A DNA stretch of 64,000 nt from Candidatus Nomurabacteria bacterium (GTDB taxonomy: Bacteria > Patescibacteriota > Minisyncoccia > Phycocordibacterales > UBA918): positions 154,773 to 218,772 of the forward strand of contig JACKGJ010000002.1 of NCBI GenBank assembly GCA_020631995.1, written 5' to 3'. Shown one piece after another: positions 44,227 through 54,344 of the stretch (position 1 is its first letter; every line of letters starts with the position of its first letter). A model generated the notes under the pieces. The model did not search any database. It saw only the letters and a list, made by a program, of their open reading frames with translations, and had not been told where the DNA came from. The translations under genes were made by a program, and so were the position numbers.

Positions 44227-44865
44227 TTATTTTTCTGTTTCTTCCTCTGTTTCTTCCTTGCCCTTCTTCTCTACTTCAATTGCATCCATATCTAGAGAGA
44301 CTGGCTCCTCCTCTTCTTCCTTGGCTTCAGCCACAAAAGCTACAGTTTCTTCAGGATCGTTTGTCACAGTTACTCCGTCTGGAACATTAAGATCCTTAAC
44401 GAGAATGGAATCTTCGAAAGTATTTAATGAACTTACATCAACTACAATCTCGTGAGGAAGTTTTGCTGGCTTACAAGTGATTTCGACTTCGTGCAGTGCC
44501 TTGGTTAGTGAACCTCCAAGCTTAGTAGCTGGTGCTTCACCAGTAAACTCAAGAGGAACGTTAACTGTTACCTCCTTACCCTTCTCAATAGCATAAAAAT
44601 CAACGTGTTCAACACGACTTTTTACAGGACTGTATGTCACATCCTGTACAAGCACCTCGATGTCTTCTCCAGCTCCGGTAAGTACTAATACGCTAGATTC
44701 ACCGGCCTCTTTAAAGATCTTATCAAACTCCTTAGCATCAAGAGAAATGGTCATAGCTTCGTGCTTTGGTCCGTAGACCACAGCTGGAAGCTTCCCCTCT
44801 GCTCTTAGAGCCTGGAGCTTTTTGCCCTTCTCTGTTCTTTCACTTATCTTCAATGTAAATGTCAT
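44227..44865 (-). CDS. rplY: 50S ribosomal protein L25 / general stress protein Ctc, with acidic tail
   Basis: 212 aa. RAEGKLPAVVYG and a two-domain Ctc layout. The C-terminus is Glu-rich. Confidence 0.88.
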   Translation of the reverse strand: MTFTLKISERTEKGKKLQALRAEGKLPAVVYGPKHEAMTISLDAKEFDKIFKEAGESSVLVLTGAGEDIEVLVQDVTYSPVKSRVEHVDFYAIEKGKEVTVNVPLEFTGEAPATKLGGSLTKALHEVEITCKPAKLPHEIVVDVSSLNTFEDSILVKDLNVPDGVTVTNDPEETVAFVAEAKEEEEEPVSLDMDAIEVEKKGKEETEEETEK

Positions 44866-44946
44866 GGTGGAGCAATACTACCATACAATATCTCTTTTTC
44901 AACAGCACGAACCATAAAAGTCAGCGCGTCGGGTTACACTGTAGTT

Positions 44947-45954
44947 ATGTCTGAATCATATGATTTTGTGGCCATTGGGGACATCACCACCGATGCCTTT
45001 ATAGAATTATCCAAAAAGGACGCGCACGTTGTATGCGATATAGAGGGCAAACCTTGCCAGCTGATGATGAACTTTGGCGATAAGCTCCCCTACGAAGACG
45101 TGAAGGTGGTACCAGCTGTCGGTAACAGTCCAAACGCAGCTGTCTCAGCCCACCGTCTTGGTCTTCGAGCCGGATTAGTTACTAACCTCGGTCACGATAG
45201 AAATGGAAAGGATTGTCTAGATGCACTACGACGCGAGAATGTCTCTACTGAGTTTGTTCGGGTGCACGAGAGAAAAGTGTCTAATTATCATTACGTGTTA
45301 CGTCTTGGAGCTGAGCGAACAATTCTCATTAAACACGAAACATATCCGTACACTCTACCGGACTTTAAGGTACCACCCAGGTATCTATACTTTTCTTCTA
45401 TTGGAGAGAACGGTGTTGAATTTCACTACGAAGTAGCAGAGTATATTAAGAAACATCCAGAAACCAAACTAGTCTTCCAACCCGGCACCTTCCAAATCAA
45501 ATTAGGTAAAGAGACTCTAAAGGACTTGTATGCTGTCGTGGACATATTCTTTTGTAACAAGGAAGAGGCGCAGACCATCCTCGACACAAAAGAAGACCAC
45601 TTCCCTAAACTCCTAAAGGCTTTGAAGGCCCTTGGGCCACGGTTGCCGGTCATTACCGACGGGCCAAAAGGTGCCTATGTGGAAGACGAGGACGGCATTA
45701 CTTGGCATATGCCAATGTATCCAGATCCAAAAGAGCCAGTTGATCGTACTGGTGCTGGCGATTCATTCGCCTCTACATTTACCTCAGCAATTATTTTAGG
45801 TAAAACTCCAGCCGAAGCTTTATCTTGGGGGCCGATTAATTCTATGTCAGTAGTCCAATATATCGGAGCACAAGAAGGATTGCTTACCCGTGAACAACTT
45901 GAAGAGCATTTAAAGAATGCCCCACCACAATTTGCTCCTAAAAAAATTAGTTAA
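44947..45954 (+). CDS. PfkB-family carbohydrate kinase
   Basis: 335 aa. PfkB signature DRTGAGDSFASTF near the C-terminus. Confidence 0.75.
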   Translation: MSESYDFVAIGDITTDAFIELSKKDAHVVCDIEGKPCQLMMNFGDKLPYEDVKVVPAVGNSPNAAVSAHRLGLRAGLVTNLGHDRNGKDCLDALRRENVSTEFVRVHERKVSNYHYVLRLGAERTILIKHETYPYTLPDFKVPPRYLYFSSIGENGVEFHYEVAEYIKKHPETKLVFQPGTFQIKLGKETLKDLYAVVDIFFCNKEEAQTILDTKEDHFPKLLKALKALGPRLPVITDGPKGAYVEDEDGITWHMPMYPDPKEPVDRTGAGDSFASTFTSAIILGKTPAEALSWGPINSMSVVQYIGAQEGLLTREQLEEHLKNAPPQFAPKKIS

Positions 45955-45971
45955 ATTTATCTCTGGTTCAT

Positions 45972-46002
45972 AAAAGCGGTGAGGCAAAGCCTCACCGCTT
46001 TT
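45972..46002. terminator. bidirectional terminator
   Basis: AAAAGCGGTGAGG-CAAAG-CCTCACCGCTTTT, within a longer palindrome (GTTCATAAAAGC...GCTTTTATGAAC). Confidence 0.75.
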
Positions 46003-46050
46003 ATGAACACTCTCCTCTCACCTTGTAATGAATTACTTCAATAAAAGTAA

Positions 46051-49000
46051 TTATGGAGTAGTTGGAATCGGGTCCTCAGCTGGTGTGGTTGGTTCAGGTT
46101 TCTTAGTTGATGCTTCGGGAGTGGTCACTGTGTCCTTACTAGATTCATCAATTTGGGTATCGTTAGTACTATCTGCCTCAGTTGATTCAGATTCATTAGA
46201 GATAGTCTGACTCTCGTCATCAGTTGTTGCTTCGCTATCATTCTCAGTGTCTGGGGACTCACTAGTGTTCTTTGTTGTGTTATCAGCTTTGTTCGTTTCG
46301 TCTACTATCTCGTCTACAGGCGTACTTATATCATCAGTTTCATCAGCACTTTCTGTGCCCGTGACATCTTCAGTATTTTGAGGTCCTATGTCGTTCTTAG
46401 TGTCTGACGTAGTCTCAGGCACAGGCTCCGATTCTGGATAAACTGCAGGCTCGGTATTTGTTTCGTCAAGAATCTTGAGTACCTGTTCTTCTGAAAGGCA
46501 GGTGTTACCAACACACAGTAATTCAGTATGAATGACAGTGGCAGTCAACTTCTGCACCACAATCTCCACAATTCTAAGCACTCCATCTACAAAGGCCTGA
46601 GCTAGCTCTATCACTCGCTCAAAGAGTGAGTGAGCTGAGAACGGTTCAGTAGAAGAAGCAGTTGATGAAGCGTTCTGGTAGTAGTACGCCATCATAGAGT
46701 CACCAAGGTCTAGGTTAACAAATACTTCAACCGTACCTGGTTCTTCTGCACTAAATGGTGCTAGAGCGTAACCAATGACAGCGTCACCTATCTCTGCTTT
46801 ACGAGCTACTCCAGGAGTACTAGTACCCATAGTGATTAAGTCACCGATAGCTATTACGCCGCCATCAATAGTTACCTTCACTGGTACACGTCCTGCTAGT
46901 GCTATTGGTACCTTTAGTGCTCCTTCATTAGCATTGTCGTCTAGGACGATACCAGGTTTAGTCGCTACGATACCTACTACTCGCTCTCCCGCCATACCGG
47001 TAGCTTTCTTAACGTAGCCAGGACGTTCTGTGTCTAGTGCTACTACGTCACCGGCTTCGAGGTCACTTTCTGCTGTGGCGTACATTTCTGCCAGGTCGGC
47101 TCCACCGGTGTTTTCTGCGACGTATGAGATGTATGCATGGGCGGTGCCGGAGAAGGAGCTTCCTAAATTAGAGTACTCATTTATATCCTGCCCAGTAAAG
47201 CCAACCACAAACATTTTGGTACCGTCAGCATTAAAGGCTAAGTCTTGTGGTTGAGTGTCCTGACTTACTACACTAAAGGAATCGACGAAGGAGGCAGTCG
47301 AAACATCAAAGCCAGTACTAAGATTGTATTTATTGACGTCTTGTCCGCCATAACCTACTAATAACATTTTGGTGCCGTCAGGTGAAAAGGCGAGGCCTTG
47401 TGGTGTAGTATCCTGCGCTGCCACACTAAAGGAATCGACGAAAGAGGCTGTAGATAAGTCAAATCCGGTACCAAGGGTGTATTCGTTGACGTCGTTGCCA
47501 GTTTGACCCAGTATGAACATTTTAGTTCCGTCTGAGTTGAAGGCGATACTCCATGGCTGAGTATCCTGACCTGATACACTAAAGTTACTGGCATAGACAG
47601 CAGTAGAAACATCAAAGCCAGTGCCAAGATTATATATATTGATATCTTGTCCACTGGAGCCAACCACAAACATTTTGGTACCGTCTGTATTGAAGGCGAG
47701 ATCGGTCGGATAAATATCTTGCGCTGTCACACTAAAGGAATCAACATATGAGGCGGTCGAAACATCAAAGCCGGTGCTGAGGGTGTATTCGCTGATGTAA
47801 TCATTGACATTACCCACTACAAACATTTTGGTACCAGTGGGGTTAAAGGTGACGCCTATTGGTTGGGTCTGTTGCCCGGACACACTGAAAGAATCAACGA
47901 AAGAGGCATTTTGGATATCATAACTAGTATCTTCTGCTACTACAGTAATCGAACTATCGGCACTCACTACACGGTAATTTTTGTTACCTGCCACGGTAGT
48001 CATTACGGTTTCACCATCAATAGTTAGGATGAGTTGTCCACCAGTCATAGCAGTCGCATCCAGCACTACTTGCACGGTTGATGTGGCGTCAAATGATGTA
48101 ACTGCATTCCAAGTACTGGTAGCTGTGAAGGTGTGTGAAAGAACACCATCGTCAGCCGAACCTCCAGCAGAGATACCAAGTGATGAGGTAGCTACCCACT
48201 GCAAGCCTGAGCCGGTTGACTGAAGTACCATACCAGCCGAGCCAGCTGAACCAATACTATCGAGCAGTGAACCAGTTAGTGAAAGGCTACCAGAGACAGA
48301 AAGGTTGCCTGCGATCGTAGAAGTAGCGGTCGTAGATGAGGTGGTGAAGTTGTCGAAACTAGCGGTACCTTCTACGGTGAGCTTCGAGGACGGTGTAGTG
48401 GTACCGATACCGATATTGCCCGAGTTGTAGTAGATGTCTGAGCCAGTAGATGTCCATTGTGAAGAGACCTTACTAGCCCATTCTGTAGTACTTGCTATCA
48501 GCGGGATACTGTATCCAGCAGTTAGTGAAGTAGCTCCGGTAGATGAATTGTATGTGAGGCCGGTAGCTGAGTTAGAGAATAGGTTGCGGATGTATGAAGG
48601 AGTGAGGGCGGTGGTTGAGGCAGCGGCTGCGTCCCAAGAAGCACTGTTTGCTGTGACGGTGTTGTATGTGTTGTTCCAGTTGGTTGTGCTGGCTGTGAGT
48701 GGGATGTTGTATCCAGACGTTAAACTAAATACACCAGTTGAAGTAGCGTACGAAAGACCAGTAGCAGACGATGAAAGAGTGTCGCGGGCACGTGCATCAG
48801 TGAAGTATAGATTACCGTTTTCTGTAATGTCTCCAGTGTCTAGTACTACTACGCCGATTTGACCGTTTACAGAATCTACTGCACCCCCTCCGGAAATTCC
48901 CAACGAAGAAGTGGCAATGTTACTCCAAGCAGAACCGGTCCAAACTAACAAATTACCAACAGCCTCAGTCATTGAAGCAACATCTGACAAATCCTCTAGA

Positions 49001-49524
49001 GAAGAGACATTGCTAGTACCACCTCCGCCGCCACTATTACTGGTATCGATATTTTCGATGGAGCGCATTATGGCGTCGACTTGTGCGTCATACTCTTGTC
49101 TAGTGACAAAACGAGAAACATCCACAACCCCATCCTTCACTATCACCTCTTTAATAACCTCACGTTCAAGAGGATAGGTGTTCGAGTAGTACTCATTAAC
49201 GATTGTGGTTGGAGTACTGTTAGTAACCACCTCCATTTGCTTAGTAGTTGTGGAGGAAACTACTTCGGTTTCAGGTTCTTTGCTGGCCGGAGTTATAGCG
49301 TATTCAATCGATTTAGTAATACAGCCATATCCAAACAAGCCTTTAACATCACACCAAAACTCTGACCAAGCGGAAGAGGATACTTGTGCAGCAAGGCTTT
49401 TGTTTAAATTGTTGTAACCATACTTAACAACAGGGGTACTAAAATACACAGCAGAGAAGATAAAAATAACAATCCCTACTAACAAAACACCCAGTATTTT
49501 AAAGCGAAATCCGCCCTGGTTCAT
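46051..49524 (-). CDS. giant membrane-anchored surface protein (1157 aa)
   Basis: N-terminal TM segment. Fibre-like Ser/Thr/Gly-rich region with paired ATGL(S/T)Y...SLT(S/A)GY(N/S)IPL motifs. Five 51-aa propeller-like repeats. A conserved beta-rich domain (GGADLAEMY...GDVVAL...VPIALAGRVPVKV). An acidic Ser/Thr/Asp/Glu-rich tail. Confidence 0.8.
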   Translation of the reverse strand: MNQGGFRFKILGVLLVGIVIFIFSAVYFSTPVVKYGYNNLNKSLAAQVSSSAWSEFWCDVKGLFGYGCITKSIEYAITPASKEPETEVVSSTTTKQMEVVTNSTPTTIVNEYYSNTYPLEREVIKEVIVKDGVVDVSRFVTRQEYDAQVDAIMRSIENIDTSNSGGGGGTSNVSSLEDLSDVASMTEAVGNLLVWTGSAWSNIATSSLGISGGGAVDSVNGQIGVVVLDTGDITENGNLYFTDARARDTLSSSATGLSYATSTGVFSLTSGYNIPLTASTTNWNNTYNTVTANSASWDAAAASTTALTPSYIRNLFSNSATGLTYNSSTGATSLTAGYSIPLIASTTEWASKVSSQWTSTGSDIYYNSGNIGIGTTTPSSKLTVEGTASFDNFTTSSTTATSTIAGNLSVSGSLSLTGSLLDSIGSAGSAGMVLQSTGSGLQWVATSSLGISAGGSADDGVLSHTFTATSTWNAVTSFDATSTVQVVLDATAMTGGQLILTIDGETVMTTVAGNKNYRVVSADSSITVVAEDTSYDIQNASFVDSFSVSGQQTQPIGVTFNPTGTKMFVVGNVNDYISEYTLSTGFDVSTASYVDSFSVTAQDIYPTDLAFNTDGTKMFVVGSSGQDINIYNLGTGFDVSTAVYASNFSVSGQDTQPWSIAFNSDGTKMFILGQTGNDVNEYTLGTGFDLSTASFVDSFSVAAQDTTPQGLAFSPDGTKMLLVGYGGQDVNKYNLSTGFDVSTASFVDSFSVVSQDTQPQDLAFNADGTKMFVVGFTGQDINEYSNLGSSFSGTAHAYISYVAENTGGADLAEMYATAESDLEAGDVVALDTERPGYVKKATGMAGERVVGIVATKPGIVLDDNANEGALKVPIALAGRVPVKVTIDGGVIAIGDLITMGTSTPGVARKAEIGDAVIGYALAPFSAEEPGTVEVFVNLDLGDSMMAYYYQNASSTASSTEPFSAHSLFERVIELAQAFVDGVLRIVEIVVQKLTATVIHTELLCVGNTCLSEEQVLKILDETNTEPAVYPESEPVPETTSDTKNDIGPQNTEDVTGTESADETDDISTPVDEIVDETNKADNTTKNTSESPDTENDSEATTDDESQTISNESESTEADSTNDTQIDESSKDTVTTPEASTKKPEPTTPAEDPIPTTP
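47146..47910 (-). repeat. 5 x 153-bp coding tandem repeat (51-aa units)
   Basis: Repeat unit is ASFVDSFSV.GQDTQP..(L/I)AFN.DGTKMFVVG..GQD(I/V)NEY.L.TGFDVST. Confidence 0.85.
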
Positions 49525-49651
49525 CGGTTAATTATAGCTTGAGGAAGAAGTTTTTTTTATTGTAGTGTGCACAAGGCAGTGAGATAAACTATATTGTTTT
49601 AAATCTCCCTACTCGTAACTTTAGACATAAATAGTAACTAAAACTAAAAAT

Positions 49652-50644
49652 TTATCTTAAAAAACCTTTCTTCACTGCATCAATTATTGCGTTCTTATCC
49701 ATTTTGTAGTGAGCTATGAGCTTGTCTGGTTCACCAGATTGCCCAAACTCATCATCTACTCCGATCCTAATCACTTTTGTTGGTCTCTTTTCACTTAAAA
49801 ATTCAGATATAGCACCACCTAGACCACCAATTTTTTGATGTTCTTCTACGGTTACAATTAGATCGTGGGTTTCAGCTAGATCTAACACTGCCTCAGTGTC
49901 GAGAGGTTTAATTGTCGGTAGGTGTAGTAGTGAGACACCAAAGCCAGCCTCATCGAGCTCCTTTGCCGCCAATAGTGCCTCATAAACTAGGGAGCCAGTT
50001 GTAATTAAACCAATTGTATTTTTGCGATGTTCGGTCATCTCTACGAGTAATTGACCTTTACCAAATTCAAATGGACTTTCTTTTGTTGTTACAACAGGTA
50101 CTGGTGAACGCCCAAGGCGGATATAAACCGGACCAGTGTATTCAGTGGCCCACAGTACAGCCTTTCGAGCTTCGTGGATGTCGCAAGGGGCTAAAACCAC
50201 CATATTCGGAATTACTCGCATAATGGCAATGTCTTCAATAGCTTGATGAGTAGCGCCGTCCGGCCCTACCGACACTCCACTATGAGCTCCAATTATTTTT
50301 ACGTTCTGGTCGTTATAAGCAATGGTAGTACGAATTTGCTCCCAGCTACGGCCAGGAGAAAACATTGCGTACGAAGCAATAAAAGGAATCTTCCCCATTG
50401 CAGCTAGGCCAGATGCCACTGAGGCCATATTTTGCTCTGCAACTCCACACTGCACGAAACGTTCTGGAAACTTATCTGCAAATAAGTTTACTCGAGTTGA
50501 TTCTGTTAAGTCTGCAGACAAAGCCACAACATTTAAGTTTTTTTCGCCAGCTTCTAACAGGCCGTCACCAAAGCCATCACGGTTTGGTGCACGCTCTATG
50601 CCGTCTTGAAAAAGTTTTGGGTTTAGATGTGAAGCGATTTTCAT
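49652..50644 (-). CDS. tkt: transketolase, C-terminal subunit (split enzyme)
   Basis: 330 aa. Pyrimidine-binding and C-terminal domains (GVAEQNMASVASGLA, GPDGATHQAIEDIA). Confidence 0.9.
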   Translation of the reverse strand: MKIASHLNPKLFQDGIERAPNRDGFGDGLLEAGEKNLNVVALSADLTESTRVNLFADKFPERFVQCGVAEQNMASVASGLAAMGKIPFIASYAMFSPGRSWEQIRTTIAYNDQNVKIIGAHSGVSVGPDGATHQAIEDIAIMRVIPNMVVLAPCDIHEARKAVLWATEYTGPVYIRLGRSPVPVVTTKESPFEFGKGQLLVEMTEHRKNTIGLITTGSLVYEALLAAKELDEAGFGVSLLHLPTIKPLDTEAVLDLAETHDLIVTVEEHQKIGGLGGAISEFLSEKRPTKVIRIGVDDEFGQSGEPDKLIAHYKMDKNAIIDAVKKGFLR

Positions 50645-50650
50645 AAAGAA

Positions 50651-51547
50651 TTAGTCAAGATCGTGATTTTTGATACTGCCGGAAAGAGTACGGAGTTGTC
50701 GGAGCGCTTCCTTTCCTTGGTCTGACTTCTTCACCATATTTTCTGGACCCTTGCCTGGAGGATTACCATGCCAACGATAATCTCTCTCAAATATGTCCAC
50801 ACCTTTGCCGGGAATAGTGTGCGCGATTATGACAGACGGCTGGCTGTATACGGCTTGCGCCTTCCCTATTGCGTCAGCTACCATTCTCATATTGTGTCCA
50901 TCAACTTCCTGCACATCAAAGTTAAAGGATTCAAATTTGTCGCGAAGTGGCTCAAGAGGCATTACGTCTTCAGTGTCGCCGTCAATTTGTATACCGTTGC
51001 GGTCTATTATCGCAACTAAGTTATGAAGTCTTTCTTTACCTGCCATCATTATAGCTTCCCAAGTCTGTCCTTCCTGTAGTTCGCCATCACTCATAAGGCA
51101 GTAAACATATTGTGATGTATATTCATTATCCATCCTAAGCCCTATGGCCATACCTAGAGCTTGCGAAAGACCACTTCCTAGCGGGCCAGAACTAGTTTCA
51201 ATACCTGGTAATGAACCACGATGCGGATGTCCTTGGAGTCTGGAGCCAAATTCACGAAGAGTGAGTAATTCTTCGACTGGAAAATACCCACGATGTGCTA
51301 ATGTTGCGTATAAGACTGGGCAAATGTGACCATTACTAAGTACCAGCCTGTCTCTTAGTGACCAATCTGGGTCTTTTGGGTTGTGTTTCAAGATATGAAA
51401 ATAAAGTAGAGTGAATATGTCAGCCATACCAAGAGGACCTGCGGTGTGACCACTCCCGGCCGCCATTAGCATTTCAATAATGCTTTGGCGTATAGCATTG
51501 GCAGATAACTCCAATGACCTTACCTCCTCATCTGACAAATTGTACAT
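50651..51547 (-). CDS. tkt: transketolase, N-terminal (thiamine-diphosphate-binding) subunit
   Basis: 298 aa. GHTAGPLGMADIF, SNGHICPVLY and SDGELQEGQTWEA. Lies 6 nt upstream of the C-terminal subunit. Confidence 0.9.
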   Translation of the reverse strand: MYNLSDEEVRSLELSANAIRQSIIEMLMAAGSGHTAGPLGMADIFTLLYFHILKHNPKDPDWSLRDRLVLSNGHICPVLYATLAHRGYFPVEELLTLREFGSRLQGHPHRGSLPGIETSSGPLGSGLSQALGMAIGLRMDNEYTSQYVYCLMSDGELQEGQTWEAIMMAGKERLHNLVAIIDRNGIQIDGDTEDVMPLEPLRDKFESFNFDVQEVDGHNMRMVADAIGKAQAVYSQPSVIIAHTIPGKGVDIFERDYRWHGNPPGKGPENMVKKSDQGKEALRQLRTLSGSIKNHDLD

Positions 51548-51574
51548 CTTTGTAATTATAACTCCTTGTGACTT

Positions 51575-52222
51575 TTATTCCGACACAATTTTCAACAGCT
51601 TCTCGTATTGAGCTTTAGGGTCTGAAGCTTTAAGTATATTTGAACCAACAACAAAGCGATTAATTCCGGCTGCTTTTAAAGACAAGATATTTTCTTCATT
51701 TACTGCACCATCAACGCTTAAAGTTTTATTAGGATATAGAGTATGCAGTGTTGCGACTCTTTCTAAAACCCGTATATCAAATGGTTGCCCCTGGCTACCG
51801 ATCTCATTTATGCCCATTAATTGGATAAAATCCACTGAATCCAAATATGGATAAAGGTCTTCAAGTGGAGTGTCGTTATTAAGTGATAGTCCAATCTGAC
51901 AATTAAACTTTTCTTTTAAGCTAAAAATTTCATCTTTGTCAGTAAAGCTTTCAAGATGAAAAATTAATCTAGTCGCTCCAGTTTCAGCCCACTTTGCCGC
52001 AGCAGTCGTAGTGTCACTAACCATTAAATCTATCTCAAACTTTCTATCACTCAAAAACTCTGATGCTTCCCGAATATCCCCACTTGGCTCGTATGGCCAA
52101 GAAATATCTTTGACAAACTTTCCATCAACAACATCAATTTGAATATCTTCTGCAAAAGAAAGAATCTCTAACTTATCTATTAGATCCTGGAGAGACTTCG
52201 GAATTATGGCAGGGATTATCAT
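51575..52222 (-). CDS. rpe: ribulose-phosphate 3-epimerase-like TIM-barrel protein
   Basis: DVVDGKFV, DLMV, FHLES, QLMGINEIGSQGQPF and SVDGAVN follow the Rpe motif order. The ATG at 52222 overlaps the pilin stop (ATGA). It sits in a pentose-phosphate context. Confidence 0.6.
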   Translation of the reverse strand: MIIPAIIPKSLQDLIDKLEILSFAEDIQIDVVDGKFVKDISWPYEPSGDIREASEFLSDRKFEIDLMVSDTTTAAAKWAETGATRLIFHLESFTDKDEIFSLKEKFNCQIGLSLNNDTPLEDLYPYLDSVDFIQLMGINEIGSQGQPFDIRVLERVATLHTLYPNKTLSVDGAVNEENILSLKAAGINRFVVGSNILKASDPKAQYEKLLKIVSE

Positions 52223-52749
52223 GATCCGACGGAGAGTATACAAAGAGTGTCATCACCTACATTTGAAGCAACGGTACCATCTAGGATACAACTTTTATCA
52301 TTCCCCTCCATAAAATATCGAATCGAATACGCCTTACCGAAGTCTTGATGAATATAGATCATTCCCTCATATTCAGTTCCTCCACCTTGTCCAAACATCT
52401 TAGTTTCACCATCTGGTATACGGCCCATATACAGAGGTGCTATTTCAGCATTTACAGCTGCTCTTTCAAAGAATCCAGTACCGTTTGCCCAACAACGATT
52501 ATCAGCATAATCCCCAAGACATATTGTGGCAGTCTCATTATTACCAAATTTTGGATAATGACCTTTGTCGGAATAATAAAGATCAAAAGCTTTTTGATAC
52601 TCCTTGATCTGAGAAATTCGTGCTGTATTACGAGAATGTTCGCGACTTTCTGAAAGAGAAGCCAATACTATTGCTCCGATTGTCCCAATTATGGCCACAA
52701 CTACTAAAAGTTCTATTATTGTAAACCCGGATCGTGAAGAATTGCGCAT
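52219..52749 (-). CDS. type IV pilin / pseudopilin-like protein
   Basis: MRNSSRSGFTIIELLVVVAIIGTIGAIVLA is a class III signal with a G/FTIIE motif. 176 aa. Confidence 0.85.
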   Translation of the reverse strand: MRNSSRSGFTIIELLVVVAIIGTIGAIVLASLSESREHSRNTARISQIKEYQKAFDLYYSDKGHYPKFGNNETATICLGDYADNRCWANGTGFFERAAVNAEIAPLYMGRIPDGETKMFGQGGGTEYEGMIYIHQDFGKAYSIRYFMEGNDKSCILDGTVASNVGDDTLCILSVGS

Positions 52750-52790
52750 AAATAGATTTTAATGGTGTTTGGCTTTCAGTTCAATGTAAT

Positions 52791-53243
52791 TTATACACCG
52801 CTATCAATCTTGCGTAATCGACGCTGGTGGCGTTCATCATTTGAGAAGCTAGTGCTGAGCCAAAGGCTTATTGCCGTTTTTGCTATTTGTTCATCAATAA
52901 AGCGAACTCCTAAAGAAAGTACGTTTGCATCATTATGTTCTCTTGAGAGAGTAATTATTTCTTCCGGACCGCCATAATAAACTACTGCCCTAATACCGGA
53001 ATACCTGTTTGCTAGTATCGCTTCACCAGCACCTGACCCACCTAATATAATAGCCTTAGCTTCACCACCTTCTTCTTTTAAATTACTAATAGCTACCGAT
53101 ATAAAATCTGGGTAGTCATCATCTTCGTCGTAATTGAACGCACCACAATCCACCACTTCATAACCAAGTTCTTCAGTGAGAAAGGGTAACAACATATTCT
53201 TAAGTTCAAAGCCTGCATGATCTGTGGCAATAAAAATTTTCAT
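52791..53243 (-). CDS. rpiB: ribose-5-phosphate isomerase B
   Basis: MKIFIATDHAGFELK... and GGSGAGEAILANR are typical of RpiB/LacAB. Confidence 0.88.
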   Translation of the reverse strand: MKIFIATDHAGFELKNMLLPFLTEELGYEVVDCGAFNYDEDDDYPDFISVAISNLKEEGGEAKAIILGGSGAGEAILANRYSGIRAVVYYGGPEEIITLSREHNDANVLSLGVRFIDEQIAKTAISLWLSTSFSNDERHQRRLRKIDSGV

Positions 53244-53266
53244 CGTGGTAGAAATTATTTGTTATT

Positions 53267-54325
53267 TTAACTCTGGTTAGTATCTTGGGTAGGATTAGCA
53301 AGATTTTTTACAACCGCACTAATGTGTTCAGTTAAAGTGTGCACGTATGACGCCTCGTTATCATACCAAGCTAGTACTTTGACCAAGTTGCCATCTACAA
53401 CTTGAGTCATACCAAGGTCAGCAATAGCACCAAACCTAGCACCTATGATGTCGGAAGAAACTAGAGGCTCGTTAGTAACCGCAAATACTTTTTTCCAGCG
53501 GTCTGATTGCGCAGCTTTGGTCAAAGCCTGATTTACTTCCTCTACGGAGGTCTCGCGGGATGCAATGAAAGTAATATCCACAATAGAGCCAACCGCTACA
53601 GGGACGCGGATTGAGATGCCATCAAACTTCCCTACTAAGTCAGGGTAGGCTAGCGTGGTAGCAATAGCCGCACCTGTAGTAGACGGAATTATGTTTTGTG
53701 CAGCCGCTCTACCGTCACGTAGATTCTTTTTACTAGGACCGTCAACTAGAGATTGTGAGGCCGTGTAGGCGTGTACCGTATTTAAGATTGCCTTATCGAT
53801 ACCGATGGTCTCCTTTAAGATTCCAACTAAAGGCGAGGCAGCGTTAGTGGTGCAGGAAGCATTTGAAGTAATTTCGCAGGTCTTAAAAGCTTCTTCATTG
53901 GCTCCAATCAGTACAGTAGCTCCCTTTATGTCAGATTTGGTAGGGTCATCTTTTACAGGAGCGGTGATAACAACCCTTTTTGCGCCGGCCGTGAGATGTG
54001 CCTTGGCTTTCTCATAACTATTGAAGACACCAGTCGATTCCACAACCAAATCAATGTCTAGTGATTTCCAAGGCAATACAGACGGATCTTTTTCGTGAGA
54101 AAGAGCAAGCTTTCTTCCGTTAACCGTCAGTCCATCTCCATTAACCTCAACAGGAAATGGAGCGTGACCATACATAGTGTCGTATTTTAAAAGGTAGGCA
54201 AGGTTTTCCGGTTGTCCCAAATCATTAATAGCGACTACTTCATAGTCGTCTCTACCTTCCGACATCCTAAAAAACGTACGTCCAATTCTACCAAAACCAT
54301 TGATAGCTACTTTTAGCTTTGCCAT
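53267..54325 (-). CDS. gap: glyceraldehyde-3-phosphate dehydrogenase (type I)
   Basis: VAINGFGRIGR and the SNASCTTN active site. 352 aa. Confidence 0.95.
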   Translation of the reverse strand: MAKLKVAINGFGRIGRTFFRMSEGRDDYEVVAINDLGQPENLAYLLKYDTMYGHAPFPVEVNGDGLTVNGRKLALSHEKDPSVLPWKSLDIDLVVESTGVFNSYEKAKAHLTAGAKRVVITAPVKDDPTKSDIKGATVLIGANEEAFKTCEITSNASCTTNAASPLVGILKETIGIDKAILNTVHAYTASQSLVDGPSKKNLRDGRAAAQNIIPSTTGAAIATTLAYPDLVGKFDGISIRVPVAVGSIVDITFIASRETSVEEVNQALTKAAQSDRWKKVFAVTNEPLVSSDIIGARFGAIADLGMTQVVDGNLVKVLAWYDNEASYVHTLTEHISAVVKNLANPTQDTNQS

Positions 54326-54344
54326 AGCTATATTTTACAACAAA

